From positions 1 through 31,933 of the IMG/VR virus record IMGVR_UViG_3300028591_000112: a DNA stretch of 31,933 nucleotides. One strand, 5' to 3'. The position numbers and the translations under genes were made by a program. The notes below the pieces were generated by a model, which saw only the letters and a program-made list of their open reading frames with translations, was not told the origin of the DNA and did not search any database. Of the stretch, positions 1 through 6,796 are shown piece by piece. Source of the stretch: a virus (lineage: Duplodnaviria; Heunggongvirae; Uroviricota; Caudoviricetes). Positions within the stretch are counted from its first letter, which is position 1; every line of letters starts with the position of its first letter.

Positions 1-123
1 TGTAATAAATTTATTTTTTCTATTTGTTCTATAATCATATTTTATTTTTATGATTTCAATATTTTTATTTTTTGCTAAAAATAAATTTAAATCACATTGA
101 AAATTAAATTCTACTTTTTCCAT
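1..123 (-). CDS. Small early hypothetical protein, 3' end runs off the window (MEKVEFNFQCDLNLFLAKNKNIEIIKIKYDY...)
   Basis: ATG at 123 with upstream AAGGAG and its own TTGACT/TATACT promoter; frame open to position 1. Confidence 0.7.
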   Translation of the reverse strand, partial: MEKVEFNFQCDLNLFLAKNKNIEIIKIKYDYRTNRKNKFIT

Positions 124-227
124 AATTGTCAACTCTCAACTCCTTACATTATAAGTATATCAAATTATAGATAATAAGTCAATACTTTTTAGGAATTTTT
201 TTTATTTTTTTAGTTTACACTTTTGAA

Positions 228-302
228 TGTAAAATAATTGTAAAGCGGCCGGTTATGCAAAAAACGGCTGGCATGCGAATTTATGAGCGCCCGCCAGCCG
301 CC
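228..302. repeat. Intergenic element U1: TGTAAA-N5-TGTAAA plus GC hairpin CGGCTGGC-N20-GCCAGCCG
   Basis: Direct repeats 228-233 and 239-244; inverted repeat 265-272 / 293-300; T-tract follows on the minus strand. Confidence 0.85.
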
Positions 303-305
303 AAA

Positions 306-516
306 TAAAAAAAACTCAATACTTAGGATATTGAGTTCCATGCCTTTTGCTATCGTTAAAGTCCTACAAAAAGTTGTATAACACGCTATTTCTACGCCTT
401 AAATAGTAAAGCTTACGCCTGATTTCATCCGCTAGATAGTGATAGGGAAGTCCTAAGTCCCTAACTTAAAACCTATTGTGAAATAAATTTTAAGTTAAGG
501 ACTAAGTCCTTATTAC
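306..516 (-). ncRNA. Candidate structured ncRNA, copy 1 (about 200 nt)
   Basis: Own sigmaA promoter (546-551) but no RBS/ORF; long 5' hairpin GTCCTTAACTTAAAA/TTTTAAGTTAGGGAC; ends in terminator 313-337 whose loop TCCTAAG is complementary to CTTAGGA at 451-457; architecture shared with 2718-2988. Confidence 0.7.
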
Positions 517-533
517 ATTATAATTATATCATT

Positions 534-962
534 TTAATATTTATTTGTCAATAGTTTTTCTATAATTTTATTAAATATTTCATTATCTTTTGGAATAGAC
601 CCACAAGAATAAATTGTTAAATTATCTTTTTTTTCTCCTAATACAAGATATTCAATTAACATTTCTTCTTTTGAAATTTGATTAAAAGATAAAACTTTTA
701 TTTCTTGATAAATATAATCATGACAATGAATATCGGCATAATAACATTTTTCAACACTAACATGCTTAAATGATTTAATAATACAAGGGTTATCACTAGC
801 AATTAAATCAAATTCTTGACTATGAATTTTTATTTTTTTAAATTTACTTTCTTGATTACTTCTTACAATAGGTTTATAATCATTAATTTCATTATTTACA
901 TTACTATAACTTTTTGCACTACTATTACTATTACTATGACTTACACTAATACTATTAAACAT
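534..962 (-). CDS. Early hypothetical protein, 142 aa, Ser/Asn-rich N-terminus
   Basis: ORF with own promoter and AAGAGG RBS. Confidence 0.8.
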   Translation of the reverse strand: MFNSISVSHSNSNSSAKSYSNVNNEINDYKPIVRSNQESKFKKIKIHSQEFDLIASDNPCIIKSFKHVSVEKCYYADIHCHDYIYQEIKVLSFNQISKEEMLIEYLVLGEKKDNLTIYSCGSIPKDNEIFNKIIEKLLTNKY

Positions 963-1001
963 TTTAATTACCTCTTTTCTTATTACATTATTATTATATC
1001 A

Positions 1002-1202
1002 TTAAAACTTTCTATTGTCAATAAGTTTTTTTATATCTTCAAAAGTTTTTTTGTAATCACTATCCCAATTAAAACATAATGCCGATATTTCCTCACATTG
1101 AATAGTCCAGTCCCAATTATCAAAACAAGTTAATGTAAAAGTATAATTAGGAAAAACACAATGTAAATAATTAAAAATTAATTCCAATTCTTTAATATTC
1201 AT
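1002..1202 (-). CDS. Early hypothetical protein, 66 aa
   Basis: ORF with own promoter and AAGGAG RBS. Confidence 0.8.
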   Translation of the reverse strand: MNIKELELIFNYLHCVFPNYTFTLTCFDNWDWTIQCEEISALCFNWDSDYKKTFEDIKKLIDNRKF

Positions 1203-1243
1203 TTTATCTTTCTCCTTACATTATTATTATATCAAATTAGGTT

Positions 1244-1435
1244 TTATTTGTCAATATTTTTTTTCAAATAATTGTTATAAAAAACATTTTTACTAACTAT
1301 TTCACTATTCCAAATATAAATATTATTTCCTTTTGATACTTTTGCAACAAAACAATTTTCTTGTATTTCCATTTCAAACTCAACTTTAATTCCTGCACTT
1401 TTAAATAGATTTTTTATATTCTCTTTATTATACAT
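1244..1435 (-). CDS. Early hypothetical protein, 63 aa
   Basis: ORF with own promoter and AAGAGG RBS. Confidence 0.8.
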   Translation of the reverse strand: MYNKENIKNLFKSAGIKVEFEMEIQENCFVAKVSKGNNIYIWNSEIVSKNVFYNNYLKKNIDK

Positions 1436-1530
1436 TTTGATTACCTCTTTTCTTTACATTATAATTATCTCATACTATAAGAAAAAAGTCAAGTATTTTT
1501 TGGGAATTTTTTAAATTTTTTTAAAAACAA

Positions 1531-1613
1531 TGCGGCAAGTGTAAAAAAGTGTAAAGTTTATTTATAACAAAAATGCGGCTGGCGTAAGGTAAAATGGTCG
1601 TGCGCCAGCCGCC
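1531..1613. repeat. Intergenic element U2: tandem TGTAAA plus hairpin GCGGCTGGCG-N18-CGCCAGCCGC
   Basis: TGTAAA 1540-1545 and 1550-1555; inverted repeat 1575-1584 / 1603-1612; preceded on the minus strand by small terminator GGCGGCAACGCC-TTTTT. Confidence 0.85.
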
Positions 1614-1634
1614 AAATAAAAAAGGCGTTGCCGC

Positions 1635-2021
1635 CTATTCTCCATAAATTTTAAAATATTCTTTTTCACTTAATATTTTTTCATCTTTTAAAAATTCACA
1701 AAAATCATTTAAAAGTTCTAATCTTATTGGGTTACTTGCAAAAATTGTTAAGCCTACATTATAACTAGTTTCTTTTCCAATAAAATCACAATCTATACCT
1801 AATATTTGTAATTCCTTTTGTCTTGAAGATAAATCATAATCTTTAAATTTTTCTTCATACATTGTTACACAAATATGAGGATTTCCTTCATTAATTTTTT
1901 TATTAATTTTTTCTATTAAATCATAATAAAAATTTCTTTGTCCTATTTGCTTATTTAAATAAGAATTATATCTTATTTTATTTTTAGTATTTTCTAATTT
2001 TTCAATATTAATTTTTTCCAT
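1635..2021 (-). CDS. Early hypothetical protein, about 128 aa
   Basis: ORF with own promoter; ATG at 2021 preferred over GTG at 2030. Confidence 0.8.
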   Translation of the reverse strand: MEKINIEKLENTKNKIRYNSYLNKQIGQRNFYYDLIEKINKKINEGNPHICVTMYEEKFKDYDLSSRQKELQILGIDCDFIGKETSYNVGLTIFASNPIRLELLNDFCEFLKDEKILSEKEYFKIYGE

Positions 2022-2087
2022 TTTTATCACTTTCCTTATTACATTATAAGTATATCATTATTTAATAATTATGTCAAGAGCAAAATA

Positions 2088-2537
2088 TTAAAAGTTTAAT
2101 ATTTTGCTCATTTTTTCAACATAATCAACATTTCTTAAATAGAAATCTATACCCCATTTAGTTGCTTCGTATTCTCCTTTAATAGTAAAATAACGAACAT
2201 CAAATTCCCAATCTTCTTCAGGAGTTGTGTCAGGTTTTAATTCCATTTCTTTTTGTAGTAAAATGTATTCTACATACATTTCCGCTTGTCCTATTGGAGT
2301 GCTAGTTTTATAATGTCCTATTTCATGTAGTAAGTGAGCAAACCACCAATTAATATTAGCACATTGCGGAAACTCTTGTTGATACCATTTAGTATAAGAT
2401 TTTTCTTCTTTTGTTCCTATACTAATTAGATTATTTTTTCTAAACCACATATTTTTTTTAAATGATACCTTTAAATTACTATCAATGCTTTTTACTATTG
2501 TTTTAATTAAGATTTTTTCTTTTCTTGTATATTCCAT
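2088..2537 (-). CDS. Putative Zn metallopeptidase (HExxH; ImmA/IrrE-like), 149 aa
   Basis: Motif FAHLLHEIGHY plus downstream E-x-E-A; own promoter and RBS. Confidence 0.7.
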   Translation of the reverse strand: MEYTRKEKILIKTIVKSIDSNLKVSFKKNMWFRKNNLISIGTKEEKSYTKWYQQEFPQCANINWWFAHLLHEIGHYKTSTPIGQAEMYVEYILLQKEMELKPDTTPEEDWEFDVRYFTIKGEYEATKWGIDFYLRNVDYVEKMSKILNF

Positions 2538-2640
2538 AATACAACCTCTTTCCTATTACAATTATATTATACTATTATTTAATAAAAAAGTCAATAGATT
2601 TTAGGAAAAAATTAAAAAAATAATAGAGTAAATATTAAAA

Positions 2641-2714
2641 TGTAAAAAAGTGTAAAGTAGTTAAATAAATAAAAAACGTGTGGTTTGCAAAGGGACTGCC
2701 GCAAACCACACGCC
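2641..2714. repeat. Intergenic element U3: tandem TGTAAA plus hairpin CGTGTGGTTTGC-N12-GCAAACCACACG
   Basis: TGTAAA 2641-2646 and 2651-2656; perfect 12-bp inverted repeat 2677-2688 / 2701-2712. Confidence 0.85.
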
Positions 2715-2717
2715 AAT

Positions 2718-2988
2718 TAAAAAGAGTTGACACTTGGTTTGTCAACTTCTTTCCTATCTCTATTTAACTAGTATTTTTTAACGAGATAGCCCTATTTTTC
2801 CCCTTTAAACGCTCAAGAAATAAGGAAAACTCAATATACTTCTTTAAGGTAAAAGTTCCCCGAGTTTCAAGATTATTCACCAGTTATGTTTCTTTACTCT
2901 GAACTCAACATAAAGGATAGAGATTACCAAGTTCCCTATCAAAAGTCTATAAGCAATTTTATAAACTTTTGATAGGGACAAACCCTTA
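2718..2988 (-). ncRNA. Candidate structured ncRNA, copy 2 (about 265 nt), downstream of a 50-aa basic ORF
   Basis: Long hairpin TCCCTATCAAAAGT/ACTTTTGATAGGGA, then CTTGGT (2926-2931) complementary to terminator loop AACCAAG (2733-2739); same layout as 306-516. Confidence 0.7.
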
Positions 2989-3138
2989 AGCATATTTTAA
3001 TGCTCTTGGGTTTGCATTACGACCATGTAATTTTTTATTAGTCTTACCCTTTCTTTTTAGATTTGCTGCAGTTCTCATAAATTGAGCAGCATTTTTGTCA
3101 ACAACAATTTTGTTTGTGATAGGTTTTCTTTTTGCCAT
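2986..3138 (-). CDS. Small very basic protein, 50 aa (MAKRKPITNKIVVDKNAAQFMRTAANLKRKGKTNKKLHGRNANPRALKYA)
   Basis: Manually translated, absent from the ORF track; own promoter (3194-3199) and AAAGGAAAG RBS. Confidence 0.8.
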   Translation of the reverse strand: MAKRKPITNKIVVDKNAAQFMRTAANLKRKGKTNKKLHGRNANPRALKYA

Positions 3139-3181
3139 AAATACCACTTTCCTTTCTTTATTACATTTATATTATAGCAAA

Positions 3182-3427
3182 TTATTGAATATTTGTCAAT
3201 GCTTTTTTATAATTTTTTTCAAAATTCTTTATTAATAATATTTCACTTAACATTTTGTTAAGTTCTTCTTTTGTATGGACGCCATCAATTCTTTTTCTTA
3301 AAGTTGTAGCATAATTTAATAATTCTTCAAAAGGACAATTTTTTCCAATTATTCTTCTAATAGAATATCTTAATCTAACTGATATTTTATCACTTTCTAA
3401 ATAATTTTCTTTTAATGTTAATTTCAT
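3182..3427 (-). CDS. Early hypothetical protein, 81 aa
   Basis: ORF with own promoter and AAAGGTG RBS. Confidence 0.8.
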   Translation of the reverse strand: MKLTLKENYLESDKISVRLRYSIRRIIGKNCPFEELLNYATTLRKRIDGVHTKEELNKMLSEILLIKNFEKNYKKALTNIQ

Positions 3428-3472
3428 AATTAATCACCTTTCCTTTATTACATTATAATTATAACATAGTTA

Positions 3473-3670
3473 TTAATTATTGTCAATAGTTAAATTACAT
3501 TTTTTTAAAACTTCTTCTAAACTTTCATTATTATAAACCGGAATATTCCATTGATACCAATTACGATAACCCATAGCATGAAATTCATAAATTGTTCTTT
3601 TAAAAATATTATCATAATAAACTCGTTCTAATTCAAAAACTCTTTTTGTTTCATTATCTATTACTTTCAT
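3473..3670 (-). CDS. Early hypothetical protein, about 65 aa
   Basis: ORF with own promoter; ATG at 3670. Confidence 0.8.
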   Translation of the reverse strand: MKVIDNETKRVFELERVYYDNIFKRTIYEFHAMGYRNWYQWNIPVYNNESLEEVLKKCNLTIDNN

Positions 3671-3756
3671 TTCTATCACTTCCTTACATTATAATTATAT
3701 CATTATTAAGTTTTTTTGTCAATAAATTTTTGTATTTTTTTAAATAATTTTAGGAA

Positions 3757-3884
3757 TGTCAACTTTACATGTAAAGATCAGCTTGCCATTGGTTTTTTCC
3801 CAAAAGTATGTTTAATTAATATAATGCGGCGCGGTTCCCATATTACATCTGACCGCGGGCCGCCGCATTGTAAAGTTATGTAAA
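3757..3884. repeat. Intergenic element U4: bulged GC hairpin with TGTAAA repeats and palindrome CTTTACATGTAAAG
   Basis: Arms 3823-3835 and 3852-3869; TGTAAA 3869-3874 and 3879-3884; palindrome 3763-3776. Confidence 0.8.
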
Positions 3885-3892
3885 TAAAAGAA

Positions 3893-4117
3893 CTACTCAT
3901 TATCAAGTAGTTCATTTGCATAATCAATAATGTCTTGATTAATAAAACTTGTTAAAGTATCATTATCATAATACCAAGTCATTACTTTTTTCATAAGTTC
4001 ATTATTGATTTCAGTAGCGCCTAGTTCATAAGCAAGTAATGCGCAATAAAGTTCTATAATATCACTAGGTGCGCACTCTCTATTAAGACAATTAAGTAAG
4101 TCTTGAGCATCCCACAT
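3893..4117 (-). CDS. Small acidic hypothetical protein, 74 aa
   Basis: AAAGGAG RBS; second gene of a two-gene unit; terminator hairpin overlaps its 3' end. Confidence 0.8.
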   Translation of the reverse strand: MWDAQDLLNCLNRECAPSDIIELYCALLAYELGATEINNELMKKVMTWYYDNDTLTSFINQDIIDYANELLDNE

Positions 4118-4131
4118 AATTATACTCCTTT

Positions 4132-4323
4132 CTAATTAAAATAACCAAAACCAACAGTTGCATAGTCAGTTAAAGTAACACCAACAACACAAGCAATATT
4201 TTTGTGTGCCTTTTCATTTATTTTTTGCATAATAGCAAGAGCATGTTTTTGAAATCTTGTTTCAAAATTACCTCCAAGTCTTTTGCCATTAACAATAACA
4301 GTATAAATATAATTTTTTCTCAT
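4132..4323 (-). CDS. Early hypothetical protein, 63 aa
   Basis: ORF with own promoter and AAGAGG RBS. Confidence 0.8.
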   Translation of the reverse strand: MRKNYIYTVIVNGKRLGGNFETRFQKHALAIMQKINEKAHKNIACVVGVTLTDYATVGFGYFN

Positions 4324-4397
4324 AATAATTACCTCTTTCCTTATTACATTTATATTATATCATTTTAATATTTACTTGTCAATAGTTTTTTGAAAAA

Positions 4398-4589
4398 TTA
4401 TCTAAATAATTTTCCCCATTTATAAAGTATTTTTAGTATAACTAAATTAATAATTATAGTAGCAAATACAATTTTGTTATAAGTTGGATTTCCTAATGTA
4501 TCAAGAAATGCACCTACACTTAATGTATCAAAAATTACTATCCCAATTAATGTATTTTCTAACCAAGTTTTTAAATATCTTTTTTTCAT
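4398..4589 (-). CDS. Small two-TM membrane protein, 63 aa
   Basis: Basic N-terminus and two hydrophobic segments; resembles 5462-5674. Confidence 0.8.
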   Translation of the reverse strand: MKKRYLKTWLENTLIGIVIFDTLSVGAFLDTLGNPTYNKIVFATIIINLVILKILYKWGKLFR

Positions 4590-4693
4590 TTAAATTACCT
4601 CTTTCCTTATTACACTTATATTATATCACTATACCAAAAGCAAGTCAATAGGTTTTTGTGATTTTTTTAATATTTTTTTACATTTGACATTTA

Positions 4694-4806
4694 ATGCGGA
4701 AAAAGTGTAAAGTTAATCAACCTCCTAAAATGCGGCGCGCAAGGTAGTTTATGTCTGTCAGCGCGCCGCCGCATTTTGTCAATTAATTGTAAAGCATTGC
4801 CGCATT
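4694..4806. repeat. Intergenic element U5: bulged hairpin AAAATGCGGCGCGC-N20-GCGCGCCGCCGCATTTT with TGT(A/C)AA repeats
   Basis: Arms 4727-4740 and 4761-4777; TGTAAA 4706-4711; TGTCAA-N5-TGTAAA 4777-4793. Confidence 0.85.
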
Positions 4807-4816
4807 TAAAAAGAGA

Positions 4817-5053
4817 CTAATCTCTAGTTAAGTAGTTGTGTATGTCTCTTTCAAAGTCTAATCTACTTAATTCTCTTGTAGTCTCTCTTAAATAATAACA
4901 AGTATGATTTTCTATGAAATCTCTACCAAGAACAAGATTTTTGTCTTTATAGTCCTCGTTTTTTCTTTCTCTTGCTTCAGTAGCAATTATATCACTTGGA
5001 CCTTCAATAATCTCTCCTGATACATAATCATAAAATAGTGCACTTTTTTTCAT
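4817..5053 (-). CDS. Early hypothetical protein, 78 aa
   Basis: ORF with own promoter and RBS. Confidence 0.8.
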   Translation of the reverse strand: MKKSALFYDYVSGEIIEGPSDIIATEARERKNEDYKDKNLVLGRDFIENHTCYYLRETTRELSRLDFERDIHNYLTRD

Positions 5054-5152
5054 AACTCATTACCTCTTTCTTTATTACAATTATATTATATCAAATTTTT
5101 ATTTATTTGTCAACAACTTTTTATTATTTTTTTATTTTGAAGAATAGGATTT

Positions 5153-5410
5153 TTAGTCCCACTCTTCAAAATCAATTGAAGTAACTTTAAAATCATCATT
5201 GAAATATACACAAGTATGGTCTCCCCAATAACCACCTATGTAAATCCAATCACCTTCAAAACTATATTCTTCAGGTTGTATTTTACATTTTTCTATAAAA
5301 TCTAATATACTTTCTAATGTTTCATCTTCGCCAAAATCAAATTGAATATTTTTTTCTTTTAAAACTTTTACACACTCTTCAAAACTTAAATCTTTTAAAT
5401 AATCATACAT
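5153..5410 (-). CDS. Small highly acidic early protein, 85 aa
   Basis: ORF with own promoter; D/E-rich. Confidence 0.8.
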   Translation of the reverse strand: MYDYLKDLSFEECVKVLKEKNIQFDFGEDETLESILDFIEKCKIQPEEYSFEGDWIYIGGYWGDHTCVYFNDDFKVTSIDFEEWD

Positions 5411-5461
5411 AGTTTTTCAACTCTCTTTCTTTATTACATTATTATTATATCATTTAAATAA

Positions 5462-5674
5462 TTATTTGTCAATGTTTTTTGTATCAAAAACATTAGAATA
5501 TTTGTATAGTATTAATGTAGTTATTACCATTATACCAACATTAACTAGGAAGAAAATAAAGTATTCTTTAGTCCAATTACTTTCTATTGTTGTTGCAATT
5601 AACATAAATGCTAAACAATCAATCATAAATAAAACTTTTACTATACTTTCTTTTAAAACTAATCTTCTTTTCAT
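5462..5674 (-). CDS. Small two-TM membrane protein, 70 aa
   Basis: Basic N-terminus and two hydrophobic segments; own promoter. Confidence 0.8.
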   Translation of the reverse strand: MKRRLVLKESIVKVLFMIDCLAFMLIATTIESNWTKEYFIFFLVNVGIMVITTLILYKYSNVFDTKNIDK

Positions 5675-5829
5675 TTGAATTTCCTTCTTTCTTTATCTTA
5701 CATTTATATTATATCATTAATTGTTTTGCTAATCAATAGTTTTTGATTAATTTTTTGTTTGTTTACACATTTATTTTTAGGAGTTTTTTGTTTTAGTCCT
5801 TTTTTGCCAGTCAAGATAAAAAAGTACCG

Positions 5830-5902
5830 AAGTGTCAAATAAGTGTAAAGTCCGGACTTTTTTGGCGTGAAGCGGAAATGCCTTAATAAAGTATTGCCGC
5901 AA
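5830..5902. repeat. Degenerate intergenic element U6
   Basis: TGTCAA-N5-TGTAAA 5833-5849; GCGG/CCGC cluster; ATTGCCGCA shared with U5; hairpin weak. Confidence 0.55.
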
Positions 5903-5944
5903 ATTCTCAAGAAAAAATTATATTAATTTTTAATAATGCAAAAT

Positions 5945-5980
5945 AAAAACAACAAGCAAATTTATTATTTTGCTTGTTGT
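5945..5980 (-). terminator. Intrinsic terminator
   Basis: ACAACAAGCAAA / TTTGCTTGTTGT stem followed by a T-tract. Confidence 0.8.
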
Positions 5981-6141
5981 AAAGTTTTGATTAACTTAAT
6001 TGAATAACCAATTATAAGAACAAAATTATTATATTTATTATTTTGATTTGCAATTAGTTCATCTCTTTTTTTATCTATCTCAATATAACTTTTTGCATAA
6101 CAAATAATTTCCTTTGTAACTTTATCTTCAATGTAATACAT
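5965..6141 (-). CDS. Early hypothetical protein, 58 aa (MYYIEDKVTKEIICYAKSY...)
   Basis: Manually translated; own promoter (6197-6202) and GAGG RBS. Confidence 0.75.
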   Translation of the reverse strand: MYYIEDKVTKEIICYAKSYIEIDKKRDELIANQNNKYNNFVLIIGYSIKLIKTLQQAK

Positions 6142-6209
6142 AATTCATTACCTCTTTCCTTTATTACATTATTATTATATCATTAATTAGTCTTTTTGTC
6201 AACTAGTTT

Positions 6210-6344
6210 TTAATCAATTGGTTTAATTTCTAGATACTCTAATTTAAAACCTCTTCTCTCAAGTCTTTCTCTTTCTTCAACTGCTTGAGAATAAGTTTTA
6301 AAACTATTTAAATAACTACCTTTGTATAATAATTGATATTTCAT
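6210..6344 (-). CDS. Early hypothetical protein, 44 aa (MKYQLLYKGSYLNSFKTYSQAVEERERLERRGF...)
   Basis: Manually translated; own promoter (6398-6403) and AAGAGG RBS. Confidence 0.75.
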   Translation of the reverse strand: MKYQLLYKGSYLNSFKTYSQAVEERERLERRGFKLEYLEIKPID

Positions 6345-6574
6345 TTTAATTACCTCTTTCCTTTTCTCAATTATAGTATACCACTATTAAGGAATAATGT
6401 CAATACTTTTTTAATAATTTTTTTATTTTTTTTATCATAAAAGTTATACAAGTTTTACGATAAAATTTCATTAGTACATTTGTTCGGTTTCTTGTTTGTG
6501 TTGATACTAAAAAGAATTATAGGAATGTTTGTTCGCTATTGCAGTATAAATGTTCGATTTACAAATTCTTGACA

Positions 6575-6623
6575 TGTAAATTAAATGTAAAAAATCGCAT
6601 CCTTGTTATCGTTCAGGATGCGA
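6575..6623. repeat. Intergenic element U7: TGTAAA-N5-TGTAAA plus hairpin TCGCATCCT-N11-AGGATGCGA
   Basis: Direct repeats 6575-6580 and 6586-6591; inverted repeat 6595-6603 / 6615-6623. Confidence 0.75.
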
Positions 6624-6796
6624 GCAAGTATGTTATTTTTGTAGACACCTACATTTTATTTCGAGTCGGTTCGGAAGATTAAAGGTGGGGGTACATTTCT
6701 AGGAAAAATTTTATTAAAAATGTGAAAAATAGTTTTGCCACGGCATAAAAATCTCCAAATAAAATCTAAAAATCTAAAAACGAGAAAATCTCCAAA

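Larger units (their letters stand above)
140..6405 (-). promoter_or_regulatory. Array of 17 leftward sigmaA-type promoters, mostly TTGAC(A/T)-N17-TATAAT/TATACT, often with extended -10 TG and a shared leader ATAATGTAA(T)AAGGAAAGAGG
   Basis: -35 hexamers at about 177-182, 546-551, 1016-1021, 1249-1254, 1487-1492, 2072-2077, 2589-2594, 3194-3199, 3481-3486, 3717-3722, 4377-4382, 4643-4648, 5108-5113, 5467-5472, 5731-5736, 6197-6202, 6398-6403; each is followed by a -10 and, except for the 546-551 promoter, an RBS and ATG. Confidence 0.9.

Noticed and set aside
380..440. Hammerhead ribozyme in ncRNA copy 1 (CGGATGA...GAAA)
   Set aside because: The core deviates from CUGAUGA, the required stems could not be built, and the motif is absent from copy 2.
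5704..5910. 68-aa minus-strand ORF
   Set aside because: TTG start with no RBS; it spans element U6 and a promoter.
228..6623. CRISPR array interpretation of the repeated hairpins
   Set aside because: Units are about 1 kb apart, non-identical and separated by genes; there are no cas genes.
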